DNA from: a virus
Taxonomy: Duplodnaviria; Caudoviricetes
Length of the DNA: 40,262 bases
Reading direction: 5' to 3' (one strand)
IMG/VR virus record: IMGVR_UViG_3300017761_005091
Location: 1 to 40,262 of that record
Part shown: positions 11,301-19,175 of the stretch, piece by piece
Position numbering within the stretch: position 1 is the first letter of the stretch
Layout: each line of letters opens with the position of its first letter
The notes under the pieces: generated by a model
What the model was told of the DNA's origin: nothing
The model's database searches: none
Seen by the model: the letters and a program-made list of their open reading frames with translations, nothing else
Position numbers and translations under genes: made by a program

Positions 11301-11981
11301 TACTACAAATCTATCTGGAATACTGATCGCGTCAAATGTCAATGTTACAAGACCATATGTGGGTCCTAATGAAATAGGATATTCAAAATAACCTGGTGGA
11401 TTAGGAGCTTGCCCACCTTCAACATCTATACCAGTACCGCAAGGATTTGTTGGTAAAGCTTTTGATACAGTATAACTGTTCCATGTCTTATCCACATTAA
11501 CAAGTTGTGGGTAACATACATATGGAATTTTATCTGAATCCAAATTCATTACTCTATCTGGATTCAAATTATCTTGCCAGTATACCGAATAAGAACAATC
11601 ATAGTTTTCTTTAGCAGCACCAGTAATTAAATTAAAAGTGCTAAAGTTTAAACATGTATCATTAACAAGAGTTCTATATGAACAATCTGATTCGTCAAAT
11701 ATTCCAATTTCAGAGTTTACATTATCTGTTGAAAAGATAACCCATTCTGTTTTGTATTTATGAATAATGCCAATTACTGTATATGGAAATGTAGAACACT
11801 CTAAATTAGATTGTTCATTACCAATTGCTCCTGCTTCCCCATTATGAGCATTGTTAATTGCATTAATAGCATTAAACCAAACGCCATCAGGTACATACAC
11901 ATCGGTAGTATCCTTCTGCATTCCTTTTATAAAACTATTAATCAATTGTGGGTTTCCTGTATTTTTAGTTTCTCCAGCCAT
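5367..11981 (-). CDS. crAss-like tail stabilisation/muzzle-type protein with inserted Cys-rich repeats and a vWA domain
   Basis: 2204 aa. N-terminus FIKGMQKD...NAINA...GAIGNE, plus GYYRDEVYSFFIRWVY and WLSFHDWHP, resemble crAss-like tail stabilisation proteins. Located directly after the ring-protein genes. vWA MIDAS motif DWSTS present. Confidence 0.7.
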   Translation of the reverse strand: MAGETKNTGNPQLINSFIKGMQKDTTDVYVPDGVWFNAINAINNAHNGEAGAIGNEQSNLECSTFPYTVIGIIHKYKTEWVIFSTDNVNSEIGIFDESDCSYRTLVNDTCLNFSTFNLITGAAKENYDCSYSVYWQDNLNPDRVMNLDSDKIPYVCYPQLVNVDKTWNSYTVSKALPTNPCGTGIDVEGGQAPNPPGYFEYPISLGPTYGLVTLTFDAISIPDRFVVIFDGVDVIDTGFRGAGGYCVPPVGPGAGTATFMKASLTETAILRVFAPCGDTVWSATLGCPDASAPGTPPMPIISTGIFYIDENDLLVEVPSLNYGQSVTICALEGSLDVTNIAEGYDVSEPGDICFQFNELIPDPDACGAECCTSQLDCDALRLHPLIQQPCVTVNKSAGSGQLNNGSYQAVIAYSENGIKLTDYSMPSNAQSLWDHTGIGGSIDIIIDNLDPNFDEYELVVIATINQQSVAKKIGYYSTTQRKVHLDLYNASLITVELSLIPLRKVIYEKSEKMFNISGYLLRSGVTSQAFINYQPLANLIQANWVAVEYPASYYWDGGHEVGYYRDEVYSFFIRWVYKTGARSASFHIPGRQATASDLVLLPISNPDLLINTRRSTWQVYDTSSITSTPSENRPDGGVIVARGNMAYWESSELYPNNHPEIWGDLCNQPIRHHKMPSNETIHIHDTTGTRIIILGMEFTNIRQPVDNDGVPVEDIIGYEILRGSREGNRSILAKGMFNNMIQYDMQNTVTQKGLFENYPYNDVTTTDPFLEATPNNLDVQENIFSFHAPENNLVRPYVGSGGYVKLYTEELGTAEIYGIVPYKHPRFKFIHEDIFTAATLVATGLALLTLFGAQEFSSTSTGETRAWQTTWAAPYTVGSEQRTLHLPVSNFDGSVSFNATGGTANVASGIVTGQGAAIANGAVSGLVGAGLTVIGTILTIVQVLASAQMVFLQSFQTLLDIIYNIIEYQDYVVQLNSHSFYNSFDNVVNTNVPGTLQPSITRPIAPQGAKYVSSGLQDFNSTQRINNNNRNKFLAVQTATNVPFTFNVDNSKQLMPDTNNISRVYTLNTASYYGAIKYDYENQYGQLQAIVQIPTNSCVYNVNQNVLIPNSTSQIFGGDVYINRYTEKNTYYFYNTWLIDVPNGTEWNYENYRNGPIPTYWLNSTRYDATKFDIAIDWSNVVPQFNFNTPADYYNLHGYQSTGQIIKSSFKNAWMYLSFNGVRDFFTESELNVAFRDYGEEPWEKFYDPIGNSFTDLDTMFRSDLITRPIYYEYDLSLSASKLYSNFASWSNILPRDYDPTLYETCFQYLPRRVVYSLQQQEGLKRDNWRNYLQNNYRDFEGKISTIKTLNAQGAIILFEDIEPTQFVGVDTLQTQGGVKFTIGDAGLFQQNMQSLVNADDAFKYGTCISSKSAVNTPYGLFWVSQETGKIINYTGGGMNDISKDGMKYWFLENLPSPLLKKYPNFPLYDNVVEGISIQTVFDSQYDLLYFTKKDYKPKAEFDEIANCLVYVNGEGYYINESLCNGVAYIYNCPPGYTYNSITGVCEKKIVTSLCALDGFVFNPQTGFCENTQLDPPENSPASPCSVGCVTDVEENTCTCTITAPAVLGPVLTKIDIKSYLEEIRWTVSYDPKLKIWLSFHDWHPEWVMPSYDHFLTIKSDFALNPVCPPGYTFDPNTTQCVKTVSNTELAQVTILETAATVTSNTFNCLLDIVIAMDWSTSTTQGGRIEAQRQFVHEFLNDPIIVAGMAGGFIQVGFTKWGNNNFVDSLNPNGFSMSNTVTVAQADAYYASTPTSGTDICLGMSHANTILTSRAASQLGDRFSDPNFRSVMLFMTDAVGSSCNPSTAGPGGTEVGCQYQNLPKYDVYSIFCDDDSPVPPQPAIPNAITCSITANQFNMVANGTFPNNTAAFIANAVAGTVCDAPPTCSCPPGYTLIGACSETTPPICKKVTCKCPTTVCEPDAVVSTTGECDDVIQAGTPGYINPNPLVCNSSYTLIRGASNLISTIWRHNVRTDSFANYYNQDYPWELEYSVVTPNTITTLRNFEYTLDVYKYYNDGRDFNHILDENFDRAIIFNSEQNSGLLKLNLKTKNNPLTLLTYPVINIDSIDIQFSKEENKFRFNQFYDITADRGEFTNNTVPMWITAADGYHKVINSAYVDYAKQPLQHKKFRHYGNKIILRKNISNDKKMILKFVNNKYLLSPR

Positions 11982-11984
11982 GTC

Positions 11985-13088
11985 TTAGTATATGTAACTT
12001 TTAAACATGTTATAATAATTATGATATTGTGCTCTTCTATTCATTTCCCATAAGTCCTTCATTTCTCTAAAGTCAGGAGTGTTGACAAATGATAATGCAT
12101 TTGCACGTGCAGCACGTAGTTTTTGTTCCATTAATTGTAAATGATTGGAAACATTTTCACCACTCATAAACAAGTTCTCATAAATACGTTGTTTTAATGC
12201 GTACTCATAATATTCATTGCAATAAGGATGATCTAATATTAATAAGTTACCATCGTCATCTTCCATTAAAGATTGATAATTAACATAAATAACACCTTCA
12301 TCAAAATTAACATGTATAAATCCATTTTTTATATACGCATCATATCTACCTTTTACATTCAAATTAAAACAATCAGCAGATACTGATTTAGATCTATGCA
12401 TTCTTAATGGAATTAAACTTCTACTATCAGTTCTTCTACCATTTGTAACATAATGTACACGAGGAGTACCATCAGCTGCACAATCAAGCAATGCTGGACA
12501 AGATCCAGAACCTGTACCCATAGTGCTTATTTTAGCACCCATAATAATTACTTTAACATTAAGTATAGGTGTCATAGTAGTCGACTCAATACTTATATTG
12601 TCAGAGTCAATAATATTAATATCAAAATCTAAAGCAGTTCCATCTGGACCAAATGCTTGGACAATAATATTTTGTGTGTGCAATTGATGATTAATAATAT
12701 TAGAACCTTGTGTAATATCAGTAAAAGTAGTAGACTGATTAACAAATTTGTCTGCTAAAAAGTTTTCTGAAAGAGCTACTCCTTCTAAAATACCTTCAGT
12801 GTACGTTTTATTATACGTAGGTATTTCTTCAGTGTAGTGTTCTTCACATACCAATCCAAAATTCATTACATAAAAGTCTTGAGGAAGTTTTCCTTTTCCT
12901 TTATGTATTTCAATTGCTTTTGAACGTGATTGATTTATACGTAAACCTAAATCATAATTTACACGTATAGCAACTTTAATAAGTTGTTGAGGTGCAATTA
13001 ATCCTTCAAGGTCCCATGTGTATAAATCAATTTTTACACTATCTAATAAGTCATCAAAAGTTCTATATTGTGATTCAGTTAATGCCAT
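11985..13088 (-). CDS. Tail tubular/ring (neck) protein with an inserted small beta-sandwich domain
   Basis: YIKNGFIHVNFDEGVIYVNY...DDDGNLLILD...YYEYALK resembles crAss-like tail tubular proteins; position just before the tail stabiliser gene. Confidence 0.6.
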   Translation of the reverse strand: MALTESQYRTFDDLLDSVKIDLYTWDLEGLIAPQQLIKVAIRVNYDLGLRINQSRSKAIEIHKGKGKLPQDFYVMNFGLVCEEHYTEEIPTYNKTYTEGILEGVALSENFLADKFVNQSTTFTDITQGSNIINHQLHTQNIIVQAFGPDGTALDFDINIIDSDNISIESTTMTPILNVKVIIMGAKISTMGTGSGSCPALLDCAADGTPRVHYVTNGRRTDSRSLIPLRMHRSKSVSADCFNLNVKGRYDAYIKNGFIHVNFDEGVIYVNYQSLMEDDDGNLLILDHPYCNEYYEYALKQRIYENLFMSGENVSNHLQLMEQKLRAARANALSFVNTPDFREMKDLWEMNRRAQYHNYYNMFKSYIY

Positions 13089-13096
13089 GATGCAAA

Positions 13097-13768
13097 TTAG
13101 TTAATTATGTTTCTATTATCTTGTTGTGGATCTGATGGAATTGACATCATTGCTCCTAAGTCTTTTATAACATTTTGTTCTATCTCTGCATATAAATATT
13201 CAGGTATAGCAAAATTTTTGTCTTGAATAAATGTGCAATCATCTGATGTATCACAATTATAACCACTTATGTCTCCTTCAAATACACCTTCAATTCTTAC
13301 TGCATCCCATTCAAGATTTGGAAAATAGACATGACCATCCATATACCAGTAATATTTTTTTTTGTTATATTTAAAAGTCTTTTGATTAGACATTCTTTCA
13401 AATGTATTTGGATACGTAGGTATTACTTCTTCTGATAAATCTAACGAAGTAACAGCTCTAAAGATTGGTCCCCAGTGACCCTCCATCATGTTAGGCAATT
13501 TATCTTTTGTACGTTTAAATGTACATCCAGATGTAATACAATGGCATTGTGATTCAGCACGATCAACTTCAATAAGTTCTACATAATTCAAAACCTGAAA
13601 TACACTATTAAATTTCATTATTCTGTTTTGAATGTCTTGTCTGCGTACAAGCATTTTTGCATGCTTCATCACCATAGAATACAAGAATCTATCAGTAAGA
13701 AAAGCGTCTTGCTTTACTGCTTTGATTTGATTACGTACTCTTGATAAAACTTCACCTATTGCTATCAT
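13097..13768 (-). CDS. Putative ring/head-tail connector protein
   Basis: 223-aa ORF with YYWYMDGHVY...VRIEGVFE and a C-terminal P-x-D-x-x-x-D-N motif; synteny within the neck module. Confidence 0.55.
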   Translation of the reverse strand: MIAIGEVLSRVRNQIKAVKQDAFLTDRFLYSMVMKHAKMLVRRQDIQNRIMKFNSVFQVLNYVELIEVDRAESQCHCITSGCTFKRTKDKLPNMMEGHWGPIFRAVTSLDLSEEVIPTYPNTFERMSNQKTFKYNKKKYYWYMDGHVYFPNLEWDAVRIEGVFEGDISGYNCDTSDDCTFIQDKNFAIPEYLYAEIEQNVIKDLGAMMSIPSDPQQDNRNIIN

Positions 13769-13776
13769 AATTTTAT

Positions 13777-14349
13777 TTATAAATCGAACTCATCATAGTA
13801 TTTAATAAGTTCTTGTTCTTCATCTTTTTTATCTAATTTGTAAGAGTCTGATTTATAGATATTTGAGATCTTTACTTTAGGATCTACTTGTAAATACTTT
13901 TTCCAATTTTCAGGATATGTAGCACTTACAGTTCTACTAAATTCTCTTGTTGCATTAAATGCCCATAATTCATGATTCTTAAATCTATACTTACTTCCAA
14001 AAGTTGTAAAAAATATTTTTGCAAGATACTGATCACTTTCATAGTTTCTATGCTGAACAGTTTGTAAATACTCTTCACTTGCTTTAAAATCAATATTTTT
14101 TCTTTTTGGCGGTGGACAAGTTCCAACAAACAAATGTCCGATTTGTTCGGGCAGTTCAACGCCATCGCGTTTGTCAATTACAGAGTTCCACATGTTTTTA
14201 TTAAACGTGCTCACTATAGATTTTATTTGTTGACTTGTTAAGTTAACAGATGATGGAACTTTTTCTTTCAACATCTTTATAAAATCTATATTCAATGTAC
14301 CATCTGTCATTTTTCTGAATCGTGGTGCATTTAAGTTTGGTTTATTCAT
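13777..14349 (-). CDS. Basic protein, possibly the IHF/HU-like protein conserved in crAss-like structural modules
   Basis: Helical N-terminal region followed by GVELPEQIGHLFVG, similar to the HU/IHF beta region; synteny upstream of the tail tube genes. Confidence 0.5.
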   Translation of the reverse strand: MNKPNLNAPRFRKMTDGTLNIDFIKMLKEKVPSSVNLTSQQIKSIVSTFNKNMWNSVIDKRDGVELPEQIGHLFVGTCPPPKRKNIDFKASEEYLQTVQHRNYESDQYLAKIFFTTFGSKYRFKNHELWAFNATREFSRTVSATYPENWKKYLQVDPKVKISNIYKSDSYKLDKKDEEQELIKYYDEFDL

Positions 14350-14359
14350 GAACTATTTA

Positions 14360-14380
14360 CATTAAGAATTTACTAAAAAA
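14360..14380 (-). promoter_or_regulatory. Candidate phage late-promoter motif (TTTTTA GTAAATT CTTAATG)
   Basis: Similar motif with the same spacing at 23559-23578 and 31753-31770, each in an intergenic gap upstream of a structural gene block. Confidence 0.45.
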
Positions 14381-14412
14381 TAAGAACATATTAAAGGATT
14401 TGTCCAATTATA

Positions 14413-15681
14413 TTACACTGTGTATACAAATTCAGATATTAATCCTTTATCTGCTTCGTGTATATGCATTATTGCAGCTCTTTGATTACCAGTCCATTTA
14501 TTATGATAGTGATAATAATCAGAAGATGTAAGTGCTGGAATAATACGTGTAACAAATCCTTGTTCTTCATTCTCAGTAATCACTTCTTTAGTCTTTCTAC
14601 CATGATAATGTCCTGTATATAAAATACGATGAGTAGAGTTACCCCATTCAGTTGGAAACTCAACAGCATAAACTAACGGATTGTTTTTAGAAGATACATC
14701 ACCATGTTCAACAGCAATCATATTTTTACCATAGATGATTACTTTGCGTTCTGCATATTCTACATTAAATGTAATGTTATAATCATTTCTAAATACTTGA
14801 GATGCTGCATGAATCAAATGATAAGAAGATAGTCTGTCATGATTACCAGGAATAAACACAACTTCAAGATTGTCACAAAACTGTTTAAGTCTATTGATAC
14901 CATTACATACTGCATCAAATGCTTTTAAGTATGCTTTAGTTGCAACTTCTGAATTTTCTACAGGAGTACCTTTTGTTGTAGTTCCATCAAAAGTATCCAT
15001 GTTAAGAGTATCTGGTCCAATTATAAATACAATTTTATCTAAATAATAATTTTTATATGCTTTACCAACAAGATATAATAATGCAGTATCCATCGTTTCT
15101 CCCATGTTTTCATTTCCAGGTTTACCAAAATGCAGATCCTGTAATGAAATAACCCCACACACTTTCTCAGATGAGACTGAGTTTAAATGTATAGGGTTTA
15201 TATTTGTGTAAGCAGGTAACTTATAAGTTACAAGTTGTTGTAAAAATGATTCTTGTATTATCTGAGCTTCCGGAAGTTTTGTTATTAATGCTGATATTAA
15301 CCATTTATTGTTTTGTTCTTTATTCCAAAACTGAGATAGTTTCCACTTTGTGGTATCTATTCCTAATAGTTTTATAATTTCTGCAGGTGTTTTTGGTTCT
15401 GTTGAACATACTCCTGTAATTTTACGAGTACCTGCATCTTCATTATGATGCACTTCTGTTACTTTTGAAACTTCATTTTTTGATTTTATAATTTTGTTTT
15501 CAATTTTAGCAAACAACTCATCGTTGATATCTGTATAATCTTCAAGATTATAAATTGTATTAGTGACTTCTTTCTTAATTGTTTTGTAATCTGATAAAGA
15601 TAATCCTAATCTGACTGCTTCTTCTTGATTAGATTTTTTTCTTTTTAATCCTTGGTAAACCATTTTTGAGATAAGATTCAT
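14413..15681 (-). CDS. Calcineurin-like metallophosphoesterase with an N-terminal helical region
   Basis: All five motifs present in order: DLHFGK, GPDTLNMD, GNHD, HGD, GHYH. Confidence 0.85.
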   Translation of the reverse strand: MNLISKMVYQGLKRKKSNQEEAVRLGLSLSDYKTIKKEVTNTIYNLEDYTDINDELFAKIENKIIKSKNEVSKVTEVHHNEDAGTRKITGVCSTEPKTPAEIIKLLGIDTTKWKLSQFWNKEQNNKWLISALITKLPEAQIIQESFLQQLVTYKLPAYTNINPIHLNSVSSEKVCGVISLQDLHFGKPGNENMGETMDTALLYLVGKAYKNYYLDKIVFIIGPDTLNMDTFDGTTTKGTPVENSEVATKAYLKAFDAVCNGINRLKQFCDNLEVVFIPGNHDRLSSYHLIHAASQVFRNDYNITFNVEYAERKVIIYGKNMIAVEHGDVSSKNNPLVYAVEFPTEWGNSTHRILYTGHYHGRKTKEVITENEEQGFVTRIIPALTSSDYYHYHNKWTGNQRAAIMHIHEADKGLISEFVYTV

Positions 15682-15704
15682 AGTATTAAGTATTTAGAGT
15701 TGTA

Positions 15705-15712
15705 CAAATGTA
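15705..15712 (-). promoter_or_regulatory. Bacteroidota primary-sigma -7 promoter element (TACATTTG)
   Basis: Matches the TAnnTTTG consensus; lies about 24 nt upstream of the phosphoesterase ATG and just after a terminator. Confidence 0.55.
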
Positions 15713-15724
15713 ATAATTTTTTGT

Positions 15725-15762
15725 TAAAAAACAACCCTCCCATATTTCTACAAGAGGGTGTC
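15725..15762 (-). terminator. Rho-independent terminator after the TSP1 gene
   Basis: Minus strand reads ACACCCTCTTGTA-GAAA-TATGGGAGGGTTG followed by TTTTTT. Confidence 0.7.
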
Positions 15763-15800
15763 TTTTAATGTTTAGAAAACCAACAAACTAAACATTTATA

Positions 15801-18458
15801 TTAAGGCATTACTAATATTGCATTAATTGTACCAGCACCATTAGAAACAGGTGTAATTACAACAGTTGTATTAAACACTGGTGTACCATTAGCATCTAAA
15901 ACATAGTACAATGCTTTATTACTTATATTATAGCTTGTCCAGTTTGCACCAATAAATATAAGATTATTTTTTACAAGAATTCTTGATACTCTTGAACATC
16001 CAATTGGATATGTTGGTACATATAAATTAAATGCAGGATCAATTGCTGCTGTTGTAGAATTAATTCTTAATAACCCATGAACAGGTGTACCATTATATAC
16101 ACTTATAGTCCCACCAATTATTAAATTAGAACCTTGCACTTGAACATCTTTAATATATGCAACCGTACATGAACCATTAAATAAAATTAAACCAGGGTTA
16201 AATGTTGTATCAATTGCACCACTTGGTGATAATTTTGCAATACAATATCTTGTTACACCTTGATATGCATTAAAACTTCCAGCAATGAATATATTATTAG
16301 CAGAATCAAGTGTAACTTTATAAAGATTAACTTGTGGAGTTGTGTTTGTTATACTTGCACCAGTAATAAAAGATGTGTCTATGACTCCTGTTGGTAAAAA
16401 TCTACAAACATATTTACATGTTGTATTTCCATACATGCTGTCAAACGCCCCTGCTACTAATATTTTACCATCACTTTGAACAGCAAATGAATTTACTGAT
16501 GCAAATCCTGCAGTTCTTACAGCACCGACAGAATTTGTAGCAAATGTAGTATCAATATTACCATCAACACCTCTTAATACAACAAAGTTTGGAGTACAAT
16601 TAATTCCTTTATATTTGGTAAAAGTTCCTCCAACATATATTCTATCTGTAGCAGGATCATAAACAACTCCATAAATAACAGCTTGTCCTCCACCTAAAGG
16701 TGCTGAAAATCCAGAACCAAAGAAAGAAGGGACTGGTTCAAAATCACAACCTATTAACACTGCACCAGCAAATCCACCAACGGTAGAAAAAGATGGACCT
16801 GATACAGTAGATATTTGTCCTGCATAAATATATCCTGCAGGTATAAGTACAATTTCTTGAATAGAAGCAAAAGTACCAAAATTTAAGTTACCACCATATT
16901 GAGTATCATCTCCACTTAAAGCAACTGTTGCACCAACAGGACTTGTAATACTTCCACCTCCAATCATTGGATGTGCAGGTTCTGTACTACAAAATCCACA
17001 TGCAGCTGTAGTTATAGGTCCCCAAGAAACAGGACTACTTGTCAAACCGTTTGAACATTGTGTGACAATAGTTCCTGTGTATGTTGCGTCACAAGAATAC
17101 GGCAGTGTTATTGGAGATGTTACTCCAGATAAAAGTACAGGAGTACCTCCATCAATTGAGTAACTTACTTGATAACTTGCTGCACCAGAAACACCAGTAA
17201 AAGATATAACAATATTTGAACTTGTGTCAGTTGCTACTACAGCAGTAGGCGGAAAACAATTTGGTACTGCACACACTTCTGTTTGCAAAAGTGGAGGACA
17301 CGGTGTACCATTTCCAGAAGGAGGTGTCGCAACAGTACAAGTTCTTGTACGAGTTCCACCTACACATGCTGACCAAGGTCCACAATTAAGTACACAATTT
17401 ACATTAGGCGGTTGTACACAACTTCCACCAAGTACTGCAGAAACAAAAAAGTTTCCTGGATTTGCAGGATTTGCAACCCAATTACCATGAGGATAAAGAT
17501 TAGTTGATGCTAATGTACCAATTATAACACCATCAACACGAGCAGTCCATTCATTAGTAGGAGCAGGATAATAGTATATGCTTACATTATGAGAAGCACT
17601 TCCATCTGATACTGAATAAAGATATACTGGATGATCAGCTGTATCAAAAGGTGTATTGTACGGAGCAATAGAATTATAAAAATTATAAATTTGACCACCA
17701 ATTGTTAATTGTAAATGAAAACATATTAAATATGTAGGACATGTATTAAGAGTAGATTGTATAAGATCTAAATATATTCCATCTTGAGGACAATTCCATA
17801 ACTGAGTAGTTGTATTTGATACAGGATAATAGTTATCATCATTGTCTAATGTACAGTCAAGCGTACGAGGTATACCTACTGTATCTGAAATATGCCATTT
17901 GTCATCACCATCACTCCACCAAACTGATTGATCAATTCCACATACTTCAAATGAGTAATACGGTTTGTCATCATGTATACCAGTAGGAGGAACAGTAATT
18001 TGTGTTCCATTAGGTTCTGTTTCACATATGGCACTACCAAAAGTAAAACACATACTACTAACATTACATGGTCTATATTCAATTAATGGTGGGCAAGCAG
18101 CTCCTCCATCTTGAGCAGGAGTAATAATACTTCTTGTACGACTTTGTCTGCCACATACTGGTAATTCGTCTTCATAATAACATTTACATTCACTCCAATT
18201 ACTCCATGGTCCTACAACACAATTTACTGGATTTTTTTCACAACAATCACAACCGGGTAAAATATTATTAAAAATAGCTAATACTTCTAAAAAAGTCATT
18301 CCAGATTCAATACCTAAACAAGTAATATCTGGACCTGTATATATTACACAAGCAGCATTATATTCATCACCACATAATCCAGATAAATCTGGAAGTGGTA
18401 ATGGTGTTATAGTACCAGGACATGGTGGACAATCGTCACAGTTATTATTTGGATACAT
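15801..18458 (-). CDS. Cys-rich fibre/adhesin-like virion protein: N-terminal Cys adaptor, two thrombospondin type-1 repeats, FN3 domain, C-terminal delta-60-type beta-propeller
   Basis: NCVVGPWSNWSEC...GRQSRTRSIITPAQDGGAACPPLIEYRPCN; NCVLNCGPWSACVGGTRTRTC...GNGTPCPPL; FN3-like PTAV...ISFTGVSGAASYQVSY; repeats such as VQSDGKILVAGAF and G.IDTTF. Confidence 0.8.
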   Translation of the reverse strand: MYPNNNCDDCPPCPGTITPLPLPDLSGLCGDEYNAACVIYTGPDITCLGIESGMTFLEVLAIFNNILPGCDCCEKNPVNCVVGPWSNWSECKCYYEDELPVCGRQSRTRSIITPAQDGGAACPPLIEYRPCNVSSMCFTFGSAICETEPNGTQITVPPTGIHDDKPYYSFEVCGIDQSVWWSDGDDKWHISDTVGIPRTLDCTLDNDDNYYPVSNTTTQLWNCPQDGIYLDLIQSTLNTCPTYLICFHLQLTIGGQIYNFYNSIAPYNTPFDTADHPVYLYSVSDGSASHNVSIYYYPAPTNEWTARVDGVIIGTLASTNLYPHGNWVANPANPGNFFVSAVLGGSCVQPPNVNCVLNCGPWSACVGGTRTRTCTVATPPSGNGTPCPPLLQTEVCAVPNCFPPTAVVATDTSSNIVISFTGVSGAASYQVSYSIDGGTPVLLSGVTSPITLPYSCDATYTGTIVTQCSNGLTSSPVSWGPITTAACGFCSTEPAHPMIGGGSITSPVGATVALSGDDTQYGGNLNFGTFASIQEIVLIPAGYIYAGQISTVSGPSFSTVGGFAGAVLIGCDFEPVPSFFGSGFSAPLGGGQAVIYGVVYDPATDRIYVGGTFTKYKGINCTPNFVVLRGVDGNIDTTFATNSVGAVRTAGFASVNSFAVQSDGKILVAGAFDSMYGNTTCKYVCRFLPTGVIDTSFITGASITNTTPQVNLYKVTLDSANNIFIAGSFNAYQGVTRYCIAKLSPSGAIDTTFNPGLILFNGSCTVAYIKDVQVQGSNLIIGGTISVYNGTPVHGLLRINSTTAAIDPAFNLYVPTYPIGCSRVSRILVKNNLIFIGANWTSYNISNKALYYVLDANGTPVFNTTVVITPVSNGAGTINAILVMP

Positions 18459-18478
18459 ATTTGTATTTTTTAATATTA

Positions 18479-19138
18479 TTATGGTTGTTGAGAATCACAC
18501 CATTTTGTATAAACTTCTGATGTTATCACCCATACTTCATTACTTCCAATAGGACAAACAATTAAAATACCAGCTGTTATAATATCGGTAATAAATTTAC
18601 AGGTTGTATCTGGATCATCATATCTTTCGTCTAAATAAGTTTTTAAAAAACAAATATTATCAGGATCGTCGATAGCACCGTATTCAACAACACCTACTTG
18701 CATTAATCTACGATAACAATCAAATGGTGCATTAATTTCAAATGTTTTAAAACAATTATCAAATTCATTACAACATCTTTCAATAGATGACCAACACATT
18801 GCACCTTCTAATCGCAGTATTGTTTTGTATGCACCCATAAAGTTATAACAACATGGTGCACTTCCGGGATTACCAACCCATCCTTTAGCTTCTGCCAATT
18901 GTACAAAAGTATTTACTTCTCCAAAAAAATAAATGTTTCCACAAGGATCATCTATTGCATCACAACTTGGACAACAATATTCAGGAGTTGGGTAATTTCC
19001 AAATGTCCCAGGACCATTGTTAACTGTAGTTGTAGCAGTGCTATTCATAAATGCGGCAAGGTCTAACACTCCACCTGATGCATCGTATGCTTCAAACAAA
19101 TCATCAATATATTTTTTAAAAGGACTTAAACAAGGCAT
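18479..19138 (-). CDS. Cys-rich hypothetical virion protein, paralog of the N-terminal part of 19176-20195
   Basis: CCPSCD...CC...GVVEY...GILIVC pattern shared with the neighbouring gene. Confidence 0.65.
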   Translation of the reverse strand: MPCLSPFKKYIDDLFEAYDASGGVLDLAAFMNSTATTTVNNGPGTFGNYPTPEYCCPSCDAIDDPCGNIYFFGEVNTFVQLAEAKGWVGNPGSAPCCYNFMGAYKTILRLEGAMCWSSIERCCNEFDNCFKTFEINAPFDCYRRLMQVGVVEYGAIDDPDNICFLKTYLDERYDDPDTTCKFITDIITAGILIVCPIGSNEVWVITSEVYTKWCDSQQP

Positions 19139-19175
19139 AATTATATAATTTTATAGTTATTTTATTAATTTATTT

